NCBI GenBank assembly: GCA_963728205.1
Contig: CAVSIV010000001.1
Location: 576,001-640,000, forward strand
Reading direction: 5' to 3'
DNA from: an uncultured Chloroflexia bacterium
GTDB taxonomy: Bacteria > Chloroflexota > Dehalococcoidia > UBA2979
Length of the DNA: 64,000 bases
Part shown: one piece after another, positions 18,417 to 28,219 of the stretch
Numbering within the stretch: position 1 is the first letter of the stretch
How the letters are laid out: each line of letters opens with the position of its first letter
The notes under the pieces: generated by a model
Told to the model about the DNA's origin: nothing
Seen by the model: the letters and a program-made list of their open reading frames with translations, nothing else
Databases searched by the model: none
Program-made: the position numbers and the translations under genes

Positions 18417-20795
18417 TCAGAGCGCGCCCTGCCCCTGCGGGAGCCGATCGACCCAGTCCTCCAGCCCGATCTCCGCGAGCACCTCCCGCGCGTCGCCGCC
18501 CACCGGCGACGCCGCGGCGCCGGCGCGCACGGGCGTGCGCGACAGGCGCGCCGCCGGCCCGGTGGTGGTGACGGTGCCGGCGCCGCGGTGCGCGCGCGTC
18601 AGCGACAGCCCGTGTGCGACCGCCCACGGGTCATCCATGAGTTCGCGCGTGTCGACGACCACCGCGTGCGCGCCGATGCCGGCGGCGACCAGCCGCGGCA
18701 CCCACGCCGCCACCGGCGCGGCGGCGAAGCGCGCCTCGAGCGCGGCCGAGAGCGCGTCGCCGCGCAGCGCGACGTCGAGCCCGCGCATGCCCTCCACGCC
18801 GGCCAGCGCCGGCAGGTCCGCCTCCCGCGCGCCGACGAAGAGCCAGCCGTCGCTCGCGGCGTATCCGCGGTGCAGCGGCCCGGCGCCGACGGCGTCCGTG
18901 CCGCGCGGCTCGTCCCAGGTCTTGCCGGCGAAGTCGAGCATGAACGGCGACTGCAGCACGGTGGCCGTGTAGGCGAGGGCGGCGTCGACGTGCTGGCCCT
19001 GGCCGGTGGCGCGGCGGTGCAGGAGGGCGAGTGCCGTGGCGTACGCGCCGAGGTAGCCCGTCCCGTAGTCGTTCACCGCGTAGTTCTGCAGCCGCGGCTG
19101 GCCGTCGCCGCCGAAGCGCTCCTGCATGCCGGTCGCGGCCTGCGCGATCTGCTCGTGCCCGGCGCGCTCCGCGAACGGGCCGATCTGGCCGTACGTGTTG
19201 ATCGACGTGTAGATGATGTCGGGCCGCCGCGCGCGCACCTGCTCGTACCCGACGCCGAGGTGCTCCGCGACGCCCTTGCGGAAGTTCTGCACGACGACGT
19301 CGGCGCGATCGACGAGACGCCAGAACACCTCGAGCCCCTCCGGCTCGGCGAGATTGAGCAGGATGTCGCGCTTCCCGCGGTTCACGTCGAGGTGGAAGGT
19401 GTCGTTGGGCGGGCGCATCGGCGGCTGGATCTTCACGACGTCGGCGCCGTACTCGGCGAGGGTGCGGCCGCACGTGGGGCCGGCGAGCACCATGCAGAGG
19501 TCGAGGACGCGCACCCCGTCGAGCGCGGCCCGCATCGTCGCGTCCGCGCCGGCGGCGCCGTTCGCTCCGTTGGTCGCGCTCGCGCCGCGGCGAGCGGCGC
19601 GCATGCCGCTTTCTGCCGGCGATGGAGACGCGGCAGACGTGGCGCCAGCAGCGGGCGTTACGCCCGCCGCTCGCCGCGGCGCGGAAGCGTCGTCGAGCTC
19701 CGCGAGGATCGCGTCGCGGTCGGCATCCGGCTGCGACGCGGGCCCCTTGATGCGTGGCGGCGTGAGCGACAACCGTGCCGGCACGCCGGGCTGCCGGACG
19801 CGGCCCAGCCGTGGGTCGTCGAGCTCGACGATCGTCTCCGATGCGACCGCGTGCGGGTGCGTGAGCCACTCGGCGCTCGGCCGGCACACCGCGCACTCGC
19901 CGCCGGCGTCGGCGACGAGCGCCTCCCACTGGTCCGCGGTGCGCGTCTTGAAGAGCGCGCGCGCACGCTCGCCGAGCTCGCGCACGAGCTCTGGGTCGGC
20001 CGCGAGGCGGTCGCGGTCGAGCATGCCCTCGGCGATCCACCCGCCGACGCCGGCCGCCTCGAGCACTGCCTCCGTGCGCTTGTTGCCCGTGTGGAACATC
20101 ACCCAACGGCCGTCGGCGCACTCGAACTGCGTGGTGAGCGAGAGCGCGCCGAGTGGGAACCCGCGCTCCGGCGCGTCGTGGATGCGCAGGCCGTTGTAGC
20201 CGATGGCGCCGAACATCGCGTCGAACAGCGGCACCTCGATGCGCTGCCCGGCTCCGTCCCGGTCGCGCGCGACGAGCGCCATCGCGACCGCGACGGCCGC
20301 CTGGATGGCGGCGTACGTCGAGGCGACCGGCACCGCGGTGTAGAGCGGTGGCCCCGGCTCTCGTCCGGTGCGGTTGCGGCGGTAGAGGCCGGACGCCGCG
20401 GAGACGACACCCTCCCACGCGCGCGTCCCGGCGCGCGGGTCGTCAGCCGCGAAGCCCGGCAGCGAGCAGTAGACGAGCCGCGGGTCCGCGGCGCACAGCG
20501 CTTCGGCCCCGAGCCCGAAGCGGTCCATCACGCCCGGCCGGAAGTTCTCGACGACCACGTCGGCCGACGCCACGAGCCGGCGCGCGAGGTCGCGGTCGGT
20601 GTCGCGCGCGAGGTCGAGCACGATCGACCGCTTGCCGCGATTGAACGCCGCATTGGCCGGCGCGTCCCACCGCGGGCCGCCCGGCGGGTCGACACGGACG
20701 ACGTCGGCACCCTGATCGCCGAGCAGCTGCGCGGCGAGCGGCCCGGCGATGTACTGGCCGAAGTCGATGACGCGAACGCCGTCGAGCGCACCCAT
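18417..20795 (-). CDS. Family III CoA-transferase with two tandem CaiB/BaiF domains
   Basis: Two copies of LDGVRV.D...AGP...GADVV...NRGKR...ADVVV.NFR.GV. Confidence 0.92.
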   Translation of the reverse strand: MGALDGVRVIDFGQYIAGPLAAQLLGDQGADVVRVDPPGGPRWDAPANAAFNRGKRSIVLDLARDTDRDLARRLVASADVVVENFRPGVMDRFGLGAEALCAADPRLVYCSLPGFAADDPRAGTRAWEGVVSAASGLYRRNRTGREPGPPLYTAVPVASTYAAIQAAVAVAMALVARDRDGAGQRIEVPLFDAMFGAIGYNGLRIHDAPERGFPLGALSLTTQFECADGRWVMFHTGNKRTEAVLEAAGVGGWIAEGMLDRDRLAADPELVRELGERARALFKTRTADQWEALVADAGGECAVCRPSAEWLTHPHAVASETIVELDDPRLGRVRQPGVPARLSLTPPRIKGPASQPDADRDAILAELDDASAPRRAAGVTPAAGATSAASPSPAESGMRAARRGASATNGANGAAGADATMRAALDGVRVLDLCMVLAGPTCGRTLAEYGADVVKIQPPMRPPNDTFHLDVNRGKRDILLNLAEPEGLEVFWRLVDRADVVVQNFRKGVAEHLGVGYEQVRARRPDIIYTSINTYGQIGPFAERAGHEQIAQAATGMQERFGGDGQPRLQNYAVNDYGTGYLGAYATALALLHRRATGQGQHVDAALAYTATVLQSPFMLDFAGKTWDEPRGTDAVGAGPLHRGYAASDGWLFVGAREADLPALAGVEGMRGLDVALRGDALSAALEARFAAAPVAAWVPRLVAAGIGAHAVVVDTRELMDDPWAVAHGLSLTRAHRGAGTVTTTGPAARLSRTPVRAGAAASPVGGDAREVLAEIGLEDWVDRLPQGQGAL

Positions 20796-21038
20796 GGCGA
20801 CCTCCTCCATCCACACGCGGCCGCGGCATCATAGCGAGCCCGCGGCGACGGATTCGCCTCCGCGGCCGCGAACGGGGCGGTGGCGCGCGGCCGCGCGGGC
20901 TCCTCATCCGGCTGACGCCGAGCCGTTCGCCGTAATCGGTTGCAAGCAGGCTGCAACGGAAGTCTGCGCGCTGTGACGCGTCTCTCCCGGCGGCCCGCCT
21001 ACGCTCGGCGCGCCAGATCACCGGGAGGAGGCGGCATC

Positions 21039-21386
21039 ATGCACGCCACAATCGGAGCACTCGCACGGCGCCGGCACAGCCCACGGCCCGATCGGGCGCA
21101 TGCTCGCGCGGTGACCGCGCCGGGCGCGGCGCCGTCCCGCGCGCCGGCCACGCCCGCGTTCGAAGAGCTGTCCGAGATCGTCCGTGCGGCCGGCGGTCCG
21201 CTCGACGCGCTCGACCTGATCAGCGTCGCCGCGTCGACCGCCGGGCCGCCGTCACTGCATCTCGAGGTTGCGTTCGCGCCGGCCGGGACGATGCCCGCGG
21301 ACGGGCTGCGGCGCGACATCGAGTTCCGTGTCCGGGCGGTGCTCCCGCACGCCAGAGTCGGCGTCTCCCTGGTTCGCGCCCCGTAG
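21039..21386 (+). CDS. Hypothetical protein
   Basis: RBS GGAGGAGG; C-terminal alpha/beta-like segment (LHLEVAF...LRRDIEFRVRAVLP). Confidence 0.45.
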   Translation: MHATIGALARRRHSPRPDRAHARAVTAPGAAPSRAPATPAFEELSEIVRAAGGPLDALDLISVAASTAGPPSLHLEVAFAPAGTMPADGLRRDIEFRVRAVLPHARVGVSLVRAP

Positions 21387-21565
21387 GCCTGACCGGGACA
21401 TCCCATGGGTCCGACTTCCGACAGGCCGCAAGCACTCTGCGATGCGCCCGCCCGAGATCACGATGCGCGTGTCGCGGCCCGCCGCGTATGCTCGGGATCG
21501 CTCCGGCGGCGGCGCCCAAGGGGTCCCAACCCCAGCCGGTTCAACCGCCGCCGGGGTTCCCACGC

Positions 21566-21979
21566 TCAGTCCGGCAGACGCCGCTGGTGATCATGCGGGG
21601 CTCCGTTGCCGGGGCGCCGGTGGTCGGCCATGCAGCGCCGGAGCTCGTCGCAGAGCGCCGCGATATCGAAGGGCTTGCGCAGCGAGCCATCCGCGTGCAG
21701 TTCGTAGCATGCCTGCGCCGCGTCGTCCGCCGACACGATCAGCACCGGCGACTCGACGTGCCGCGCGCGCATCTCCCGATAGAACGCGCGACCGTCCATG
21801 ATCGGCAGGTGCAGGTCCAGAATGATCGCCGACGGCTCCGGCCCGCGCTCGAGCTCGTCGAGCGCCGCCCGGCCGTTCTCCGCCGATACCGACACGTAGC
21901 CTTCATCGGCAAGAACATCGCGCATCAACTGTGACACGGATGGGTCGTCCTCGACGATCAGGATCATCTCGCGAGTCAT
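21566..21979 (-). CDS. Single-domain response regulator (CheY-like)
   Basis: ILIVEDD, IILDLHLPIMDG, VSA, LRKPF. Confidence 0.92.
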   Translation of the reverse strand: MTREMILIVEDDPSVSQLMRDVLADEGYVSVSAENGRAALDELERGPEPSAIILDLHLPIMDGRAFYREMRARHVESPVLIVSADDAAQACYELHADGSLRKPFDIAALCDELRRCMADHRRPGNGAPHDHQRRLPD

Positions 21980-22135
21980 GAGTCATCCCGTAATTCCCCG
22001 CCAGCGATCCACGTTCGCTCGCGATAGGTCCATCTCGCATACATCGTGCGCGGAAGGACGTCGCGGACCTATCGCGATTTGCCGGTTCATGATTTACATA
22101 ACATCGTGTTCTGGCCGGCGACGGCCGGATTCGCC

Positions 22136-22936
22136 TCAGGCGGGGAGGCCCTGCCAGGTGCGCCGGCCGTCGACCATCGCGAATCTGCCCAGGCTCGGGA
22201 CGGGGTGGCTGATAGCGAGCAGCGCATCGGTGCCGTCAATTTGCCCTGCCAGCGCGCGCCGCGTGCGCACCGTCGCCTCGTGGTCGTCGTCCCAGGTCGT
22301 CGCCCAGTCGGGCTCCGCGATGTCGATCGCGCTGATGAAGGCGTCGCCCAGCACGTAACCGCGCTCCCCTTGCGACGAGACGACGAGCGCGGTGTGGCCG
22401 GCGGTGTGGCCGGGCGCGGCGAGCGTGGTGATCGACGGCGTCACCGCGTGATGTCCGTCGACGAGCTCGAGCACGCCCAGCGTCGCCAGCGGCGCGACGT
22501 CGCGACTGAAGGTGCGCGGCGGGCGCGGCTCGCGGTTGTTCAGGACGTCCCAGTCGATGCGCGGCACGAGGTAGCGGGCGCGAGGGAACGTCGGCCGGCC
22601 GGTCTCGCGGTCGACGTTCCAGCCGGTGTGGTCCCAGTGCAGGTGCGTGAACACGACGGTGTCGACGTCGCCGGGCGTGGCGCCGGCCGCGCTCAGCTCG
22701 CGCAGGAGCGCGCTGTCGCGCTCGGGGCCGCCGCCCGTGTCGATGAGCACGGTGCGTCCGTCCGCGTGGAGCAGGAACGCGGAGAAGTTGATCGCGAAGC
22801 GGCCCTCGGCGTCGAGCAGGTCGGCGTAGCGTGCGAGGCCGTCGCCGGCGGACGCGTAGATCTGCGCGGCCGGCGGGCCGCCGGTGAGGTCGAGCAGTGC
22901 CGCGATCTCGACGTCGCCGATGTGCGCGCGTTGCAT
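22136..22936 (-). CDS. Metallo-beta-lactamase fold hydrolase
   Basis: LIDTG, THLHWDH, PGHTAGH, GDA. Confidence 0.9.
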   Translation of the reverse strand: MQRAHIGDVEIAALLDLTGGPPAAQIYASAGDGLARYADLLDAEGRFAINFSAFLLHADGRTVLIDTGGGPERDSALLRELSAAGATPGDVDTVVFTHLHWDHTGWNVDRETGRPTFPRARYLVPRIDWDVLNNREPRPPRTFSRDVAPLATLGVLELVDGHHAVTPSITTLAAPGHTAGHTALVVSSQGERGYVLGDAFISAIDIAEPDWATTWDDDHEATVRTRRALAGQIDGTDALLAISHPVPSLGRFAMVDGRRTWQGLPA

Positions 22937-23059
22937 GAGTTGCCTCCCCGGCACAGCCGGGGCCGGCGCCCCGGGCGGGGCGCAGCTTCGCAGAACGCGG
23001 CGGGGGACGCGACTCGCGCCGCCCCGCCGCGCACCGGCGCGAGTGACCGCGGGGGCGCG

Positions 23060-23357
23060 CTACGAGGTGCCGTTCTGGGGCGGCGTCTCCTTGGGCCGGA
23101 TCGTGAGCTGGTCCTGCTCGCGCGCCCGTCACGGTCAGCACGGCGTCGCCGAGGCGCTCGTCGATCGACGGCTCCACCAGCAGGACGTCGCGCTGGTCGT
23201 TCGCGATCACGCGGTCGCCGACGTGCTGCTGATCGACCATCAGCGCGAGCTCGCCCTCGTCGGTGGCCGCGAGCCGAATGCACTGCTCCGCGTCCGCACC
23301 GCTCTCCTCGAGGATCCCGGCAAGCCGGTCGATCGCTCCGCTGCTGACTTCGAGCAT
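23060..23357 (-). pseudogene. HesB/IscA-like protein with apparent +1 frameshift near 23120
   Basis: MLEVSSGAIDRL...IRLA...LALMVD....GDRVI...VLLVEPSI...L; a plausible tail EQDQLTIRP...* lies in the next frame; span is 298 nt. Confidence 0.6.
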
Positions 23358-23485
23358 CTGGTGCCTCCATTCCGCGACGCGCGAAGGGGCGCGCGCCGCC
23401 GCGACGGGTGCGCGCGATGCGCAGGACACCCGTTCATCCACCGTATCGCCGCGCGCAAACGCGGCCATGGCGGAGCGCTCGGCGA

Positions 23486-25009
23486 CTAGCGGTAGAGGCT
23501 GAGGTCGCCGCGCCAGGCGAGCCGCTCGGCGCTGCGCGGGTCGTCCTCCACGCGGCAGGGCACGTCGAACACCATCGTCGCCCGACGCTCGGGGTCCCAC
23601 GCCGGCCACGGCGGCAGGCCCTCGCGGTTCGGGTCGGCGTTGCGCGCGAAGTCCGCCCATGCCCGCGACATCACCGCCGCCAGCGCGAACTTGTCGTCGC
23701 GCTCGCCGGTCATTGGCGCGATCGCGGTGTTGTCGAAGACGAACGGGATCTCCATCGCGTGGGCGGCCTTGAACAGCCCGCCGAGGAAGTCGCTCTCCCA
23801 CGTGAAGAAGTACATGTAGGTGGGCGCGGCGCCGGCGGCGGCGCGCAGCTCTGCGACGCGGTTCGCCGCGAGCCGCCGCGCCTCGCTGGAGATGCCGACC
23901 CAGAGGTCCCACGGCGTGTCGTCGGGCCGGTGCTCGCGATAGACCGCGAGGATCTCCTGCCAGCGGTCGCCGAGCATCTTCTGCAGCTCGTCGTGCAGCT
24001 CCGCCTCGGTCAGCTTGCGACGCTTCGGGTGGCGCGCCATGAACAGCGCCATCTCGTCCTTGTTCGTCCCGAGCAGCAGCGGCACGCCGAGCGACGGCGG
24101 GGCCGGCGCGTCCACGTGCGGGTGGTAGGGGAAGTACGTCGAATCGATGGTCGGCGCGCACTGGAATCCGTCGAATTCTTTCTGCGCGCGGGCGTACGCC
24201 GCGGTAAGCGCGTCCATCGGCATTGCCTGCAGGCCCGCGACGTCGCCCTCGGCGAGGCCGGCGGTCCGGATCAGGCAGCGCGCGAAGTCGGTGGCCTTTG
24301 CCGGGTCGGTCGCGTTGAGCATCACGCTGCTCTGCACGATTGCGCGGTGGAAGAGGCCCTCGGCCGACGGCATCGCGAGCAGCGCGCACACCTTCCGGCC
24401 GCCGCCCGACTCCCCGAAGATCGTGACGTTGCCCGGGTCTCCCCCGAATGCCGCGATGTGCTCGCGCACCCAGCGCAGCGCCTCCACGCAGTCGAGCATC
24501 CCCGCCACGCCAGAGCCCGCGAAGGCGTCGCCGGCGAGGTCGGCGAGGTGCAGGTAGCCGAAGACGTTCAGCCGGTGGTTGATGGTCACGACCACGACGT
24601 CGCCGCGGGTGGCGAGCCGCGTGCCGTCGTACCAGCCCTCGGAGCCGGCGCCCTCGGCGAAGCCTCGGCCGTGCAGCCAGACCATCACGGGGCGGCGCGC
24701 GTCGTCGCTCGCGGGCGTCCAGATGTTGAGCACGAGGCAGTCCTCGCCCGGCTCCACCTGCGGCATCGGGCCGACGGTCCGCGAGTCGCCGAGGCTGCCC
24801 TCGACCAGCGAGCCCCGCTGCGGCGAGATGTGGCCGTGGCGCGTGGCGTCGAACGCGCCGCTCCACGGCGCCGCCGGCTGAGGCGGCAGGAAGCGGCCGC
24901 CGGCGGTCGTGGCGCCATACGGCACGCCGAGGAAGACCTCGACCCCGTCGCGTGCGACGCCGCGCACGGCGCCCAGCCCGGTCTGCACGATCCGCTCGTC
25001 GTCCGCCAT
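23486..25009 (-). CDS. Type B carboxylesterase
   Basis: FLGVPYG, EDCLVLNIW, PVMVWLHG, FGGDPGNVTIFGESGG, H..EIPFVF. Confidence 0.93.
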   Translation of the reverse strand: MADDERIVQTGLGAVRGVARDGVEVFLGVPYGATTAGGRFLPPQPAAPWSGAFDATRHGHISPQRGSLVEGSLGDSRTVGPMPQVEPGEDCLVLNIWTPASDDARRPVMVWLHGRGFAEGAGSEGWYDGTRLATRGDVVVVTINHRLNVFGYLHLADLAGDAFAGSGVAGMLDCVEALRWVREHIAAFGGDPGNVTIFGESGGGRKVCALLAMPSAEGLFHRAIVQSSVMLNATDPAKATDFARCLIRTAGLAEGDVAGLQAMPMDALTAAYARAQKEFDGFQCAPTIDSTYFPYHPHVDAPAPPSLGVPLLLGTNKDEMALFMARHPKRRKLTEAELHDELQKMLGDRWQEILAVYREHRPDDTPWDLWVGISSEARRLAANRVAELRAAAGAAPTYMYFFTWESDFLGGLFKAAHAMEIPFVFDNTAIAPMTGERDDKFALAAVMSRAWADFARNADPNREGLPPWPAWDPERRATMVFDVPCRVEDDPRSAERLAWRGDLSLYR

Positions 25010-25257
25010 GACGCACCCCCTCGGCGCTCCGTCCGCCGGCACGCTAGCACAGCGCGTACGCTTCGAGCGGCGCGTGATCACCGTGCCGCTCGTCACCCCG
25101 CACCACCCCGCTTCGTCTCCGCCCGCGTGTCCCGGCCGCCCCGCCGCCGGGCCTCTTGACGATGTGCCCGCGGCAGGGGAATGTGCGCCGACTCGCTCGC
25201 GCGAGGAGGGTTGAAGCGGTCGCCGCAGAGCGGCCGCGGGGGTCGGAAGGAAGGATC

Positions 25258-25842
25258 GTGGACGGGTATCGCATCGCGCTGTTCGTGCATCTGCTGTCGC
25301 TGCTCGTGGCGACGGCCGCGGCGGGCATCACGCACCTTGCCGAGCGCCGGCTCCACGGCGCCACCACCGCGGCCGAGGCCCGGCAGTGGCACGGCATCGT
25401 GATGGGTACGGCACAGGTGTTCCCCGTCGCGGTGGTGGGCCTCGTGCTCAGCGGCGCCTACATGGTCCATCGCGCCTGGACGTGGAACACCGGGTTCGTC
25501 GACGCCGGGCTGCTGGCGGCCGTGCTCCTGATGGTCAGCGGCATCGTTCTCGGGCGCCGGGGTACCGCCGCGAAGGCCGAGTTCGAGCGCGTCGGCGCGG
25601 GTCCGCTCGACGCGCGCGCGCAGGCGGCCGCCCGCGATGGCTTCGCGGAGGCGCTCTCCTGGGCGAACACGATGCTCGCCCTCGCCGTGGTGTTCGTGAT
25701 GGTGACGAAGCCCGCGCTGCCCGGGGCACTCGCGGAGCTCGTGCTCGGCGTCCTCGCCGGCGTGGCCATCGCGCGCCTCGGCGCGCGGGAGCCGCAGGTC
25801 GGCCTCGGCCCGGACGCGTCGTTCGAGCTCGAGGAGGCCTAG
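25258..25842 (+). CDS. DUF2269-like membrane protein
   Basis: ALFVHLL...LSGAYM...VFVMVTKP pattern with multiple TM segments. Confidence 0.7.
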   Translation: MDGYRIALFVHLLSLLVATAAAGITHLAERRLHGATTAAEARQWHGIVMGTAQVFPVAVVGLVLSGAYMVHRAWTWNTGFVDAGLLAAVLLMVSGIVLGRRGTAAKAEFERVGAGPLDARAQAAARDGFAEALSWANTMLALAVVFVMVTKPALPGALAELVLGVLAGVAIARLGAREPQVGLGPDASFELEEA

Positions 25843-26012
25843 CCGCACCCACGGGCCTGGTTCGAGCGGCGCTCGCAGCAAGCGCCGCTCGCCGGTCCCG
25901 CTGCCGCGCCACGCCACTCGCTCCGCATGCGGCCGCCGCTCGCCCGCACGTGGGCGCTGCGTATACTGCGCGCTCGCGGGAGTACGTCCGCCAGTCGCCG
26001 GGGAGGGTGCGC

Positions 26013-27203
26013 ATGACCACGCCGCTCGAGGGAATCAAGGTCGTCGATCTGTCCCGGCTCGCCCCGGGCCCCTATTGCTCGATGCTCCTCGGCGACCTCG
26101 GCGCGGACGTCCTGCTGGTGGAGGCGCCGGCCGGCGCGATCCAGGGCGGCTTCGGCGGGGGCGGCGGCGACGACGCGGCCGCGCAGCGCCGCCGCGCGCA
26201 CAACGCGCTCGCCCGCAACAAGCGCTCGATCGTCGTGAACCTCAAGGAGGAGGCGGGGCGGCACATCGTGCGGCAGCTGGCCGCCGACGCCGACGTCTTC
26301 CTCGAGGGCTTCCGCCCCGGCGTGACCGAGCGGCTCGGCGTCGGCTACGACCAGATCCGCCACGCGAACCCGCGCATCGTCTACTGCTCGCTGTCCGGCT
26401 ACGGCCAGAGCGGCCCGTATCACGACATGGTCGGGCACGACATCAACTACATCTCGGTCGGCGGCGCGCTGGCCGGCATCGGCCGGCCCGAGGCGAAGCC
26501 GTCCATCCCCTACAACACCATCGCCGACTTCGCCGGCGGCGGGCTGATGTCGGCCTTCGCGATCCTCGCGGCGCTGATCGCGCGCGATCGCACCGGCAAG
26601 GGCCAGTACGTCGACATGGCGATGTCCGACGGCGTGCTCTACCTGCTCGCGAGCCAGACGGGCGGCGTGCTGGCCGGCGGCGATCCGCCGCGGCCCGGCG
26701 CGCGCGGACTCGGGGGCGGGTCGCCGCACTACGACGTCTACGAGTGCGCCGACGGCAAGTACGTCTCGCTCGGCTCGCTCGAGCCGCAGTTCTGGGCGGC
26801 GCTGTGCGACGTTGCCGGCCGTCCGGACATGAAGGCGCACGAGTTCGACGGCGAGGGCCACCAGGAGTTCGCCGAGCATCTCACGCGCATGTTCAAGACG
26901 AAGACGCGCGACGAGTGGTTCAAGGAGCTGCGCGGCATCGAGCTGTGCGTGGCGCCGGTGCTCGACGTCGCCGAGGCGCTGGCGAACGAGCACAACCGCG
27001 CGCGGCAGATGGTCGTCGACGTGAACGATCCGCAGGTGGGCGTGGTACGCCAGGTCGGCATCGGCCCGAAGTTCTCGGAGACGCCGGGCCGCGTGCGCAC
27101 GACCGCGCCGGCGCCCGGTCAGCACACCGACGCGGTGCTGAAGTCGATCGGTTACGCGGCCGCGGACATCGCGAGCCTGCGCGAGCGCGGCGTCATCGGG
27201 TAG
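26013..27203 (+). CDS. Family III CoA-transferase / alpha-methylacyl-CoA racemase-like protein
   Basis: PLEGIKVVDLSRLAPGP, RNKRS, EGFRPGV, GHDINY, IADFAGGG. Confidence 0.92.
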   Translation: MTTPLEGIKVVDLSRLAPGPYCSMLLGDLGADVLLVEAPAGAIQGGFGGGGGDDAAAQRRRAHNALARNKRSIVVNLKEEAGRHIVRQLAADADVFLEGFRPGVTERLGVGYDQIRHANPRIVYCSLSGYGQSGPYHDMVGHDINYISVGGALAGIGRPEAKPSIPYNTIADFAGGGLMSAFAILAALIARDRTGKGQYVDMAMSDGVLYLLASQTGGVLAGGDPPRPGARGLGGGSPHYDVYECADGKYVSLGSLEPQFWAALCDVAGRPDMKAHEFDGEGHQEFAEHLTRMFKTKTRDEWFKELRGIELCVAPVLDVAEALANEHNRARQMVVDVNDPQVGVVRQVGIGPKFSETPGRVRTTAPAPGQHTDAVLKSIGYAAADIASLRERGVIG

Positions 27204-27370
27204 GAGAGCTTCGCCGCCGTCGCCGCGCGTTCCCGCTCGACCGGCGTCGAGCGGCAGCCCGGGAGGGTGCCGATCCCTCCCCCAACCGGAGGTGCCCGCG
27301 CACCCGTGCGGCACGCATCGGCGCTCTGCCAACCGCCGCTCGACGCCAGTCGAGCGCCTCCGCCGTCGCC

Positions 27371-27991
27371 CTAGGGCGCGATCACCGTTCGCGAGAACTG
27401 CAGGCTGGTGAGCGCGTTCCAGATCGACTCCGCGAGGAAGGGGCCTGGCGCGAGCTGGTTCGTGCCGGTCGACAGCAGCGCCATGCCGATCGCCCACACC
27501 GCGAAACCGGCCGCGTTCGCGAGCATCGGCACGCCGCCCGAGAGGCCGCTGACCTTCTCGAGCGCGGCCTGCGTGCACAGCACCCACGCCACGACCGCGA
27601 GCAGGCCGGTGCCGAACGAGATCGGCGGGATGACCATCAGCACGCCCAGGGCGAGCGGCGCCGACGCGAACCCCGCGGCGCGCACGAGTTCGTCGACGCG
27701 CACGCTGGTGCGCGCGAGCCGCTGCATCACGGCGTAGACCACGAGCAGCCAGACGAGCCAGAGCGCGACCGAGAACATCGAGCCGAGCAGCACGCTTTTC
27801 ACGAAGACGGCGCCCGTCTCGCCGAGCCCGCTGGTGAGCCACCACAGCCAGCCGCCGAGCCCGAGCATGAAGGTGGACACGGCGACGATCGCCAGCGCGG
27901 GCACAGTGGCGGAACGGTCGGCGCGAATGTCGTCGAAGACGCGAACGTCCAGCAGCGCGAGGCGCTGCAGGTAGTGGCTCGTGGTGCGCAC
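27371..27991 (-). CDS. Yip1-like membrane protein
   Basis: LDVRVFDDI..D..AT..AL.IV...ELVRAAGFASAP pattern with several TM segments; start uncertain. Confidence 0.65.
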   Translation of the reverse strand: MRTTSHYLQRLALLDVRVFDDIRADRSATVPALAIVAVSTFMLGLGGWLWWLTSGLGETGAVFVKSVLLGSMFSVALWLVWLLVVYAVMQRLARTSVRVDELVRAAGFASAPLALGVLMVIPPISFGTGLLAVVAWVLCTQAALEKVSGLSGGVPMLANAAGFAVWAIGMALLSTGTNQLAPGPFLAESIWNALTSLQFSRTVIAP

Positions 27992-28096
27992 GTCGAGCAG
28001 TGAGGCGGTCAGGGTCGCCCTCCCAGCCGGGGAGACTGGACGAGAGTGTACAACAGCAGAGGCGCGCAAGCACCTGATTAGTTACGGGGCGCGGCC

Positions 28097-28194
28097 CGCT
28101 TCAGGCGCGCCGTGAGTCCCGCGCACCTCACGCCGCGAGAGGTGGCGACCTCCCGGCTGCGGAGTCGGCTCTTGCCCACGGCGCGCCTGAAGCG
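28097..28194. repeat. Perfect 18-bp inverted repeat with 62-nt spacer
   Basis: CGCTTCAGGCGCGCCGTG (28097-28114) / CACGGCGCGCCTGAAGCG (28177-28194). Confidence 0.85.
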
Positions 28195-28219
28195 CGCCCC
28201 CGCCCGCCCGTGCGCGGCG

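Noticed and set aside
15250-18417. RiPP cluster around the PqqD-like methyltransferase
   Set aside because: No credible precursor peptide, protease or transporter found.
18363-20834. Very long antisense or alternate-frame ORFs (also 22236-25016, 48338-50512, 57237-59579 and many others)
   Set aside because: Arg/Ala/Pro-rich shadow frames of well-supported genes, expected in DNA this GC-rich.
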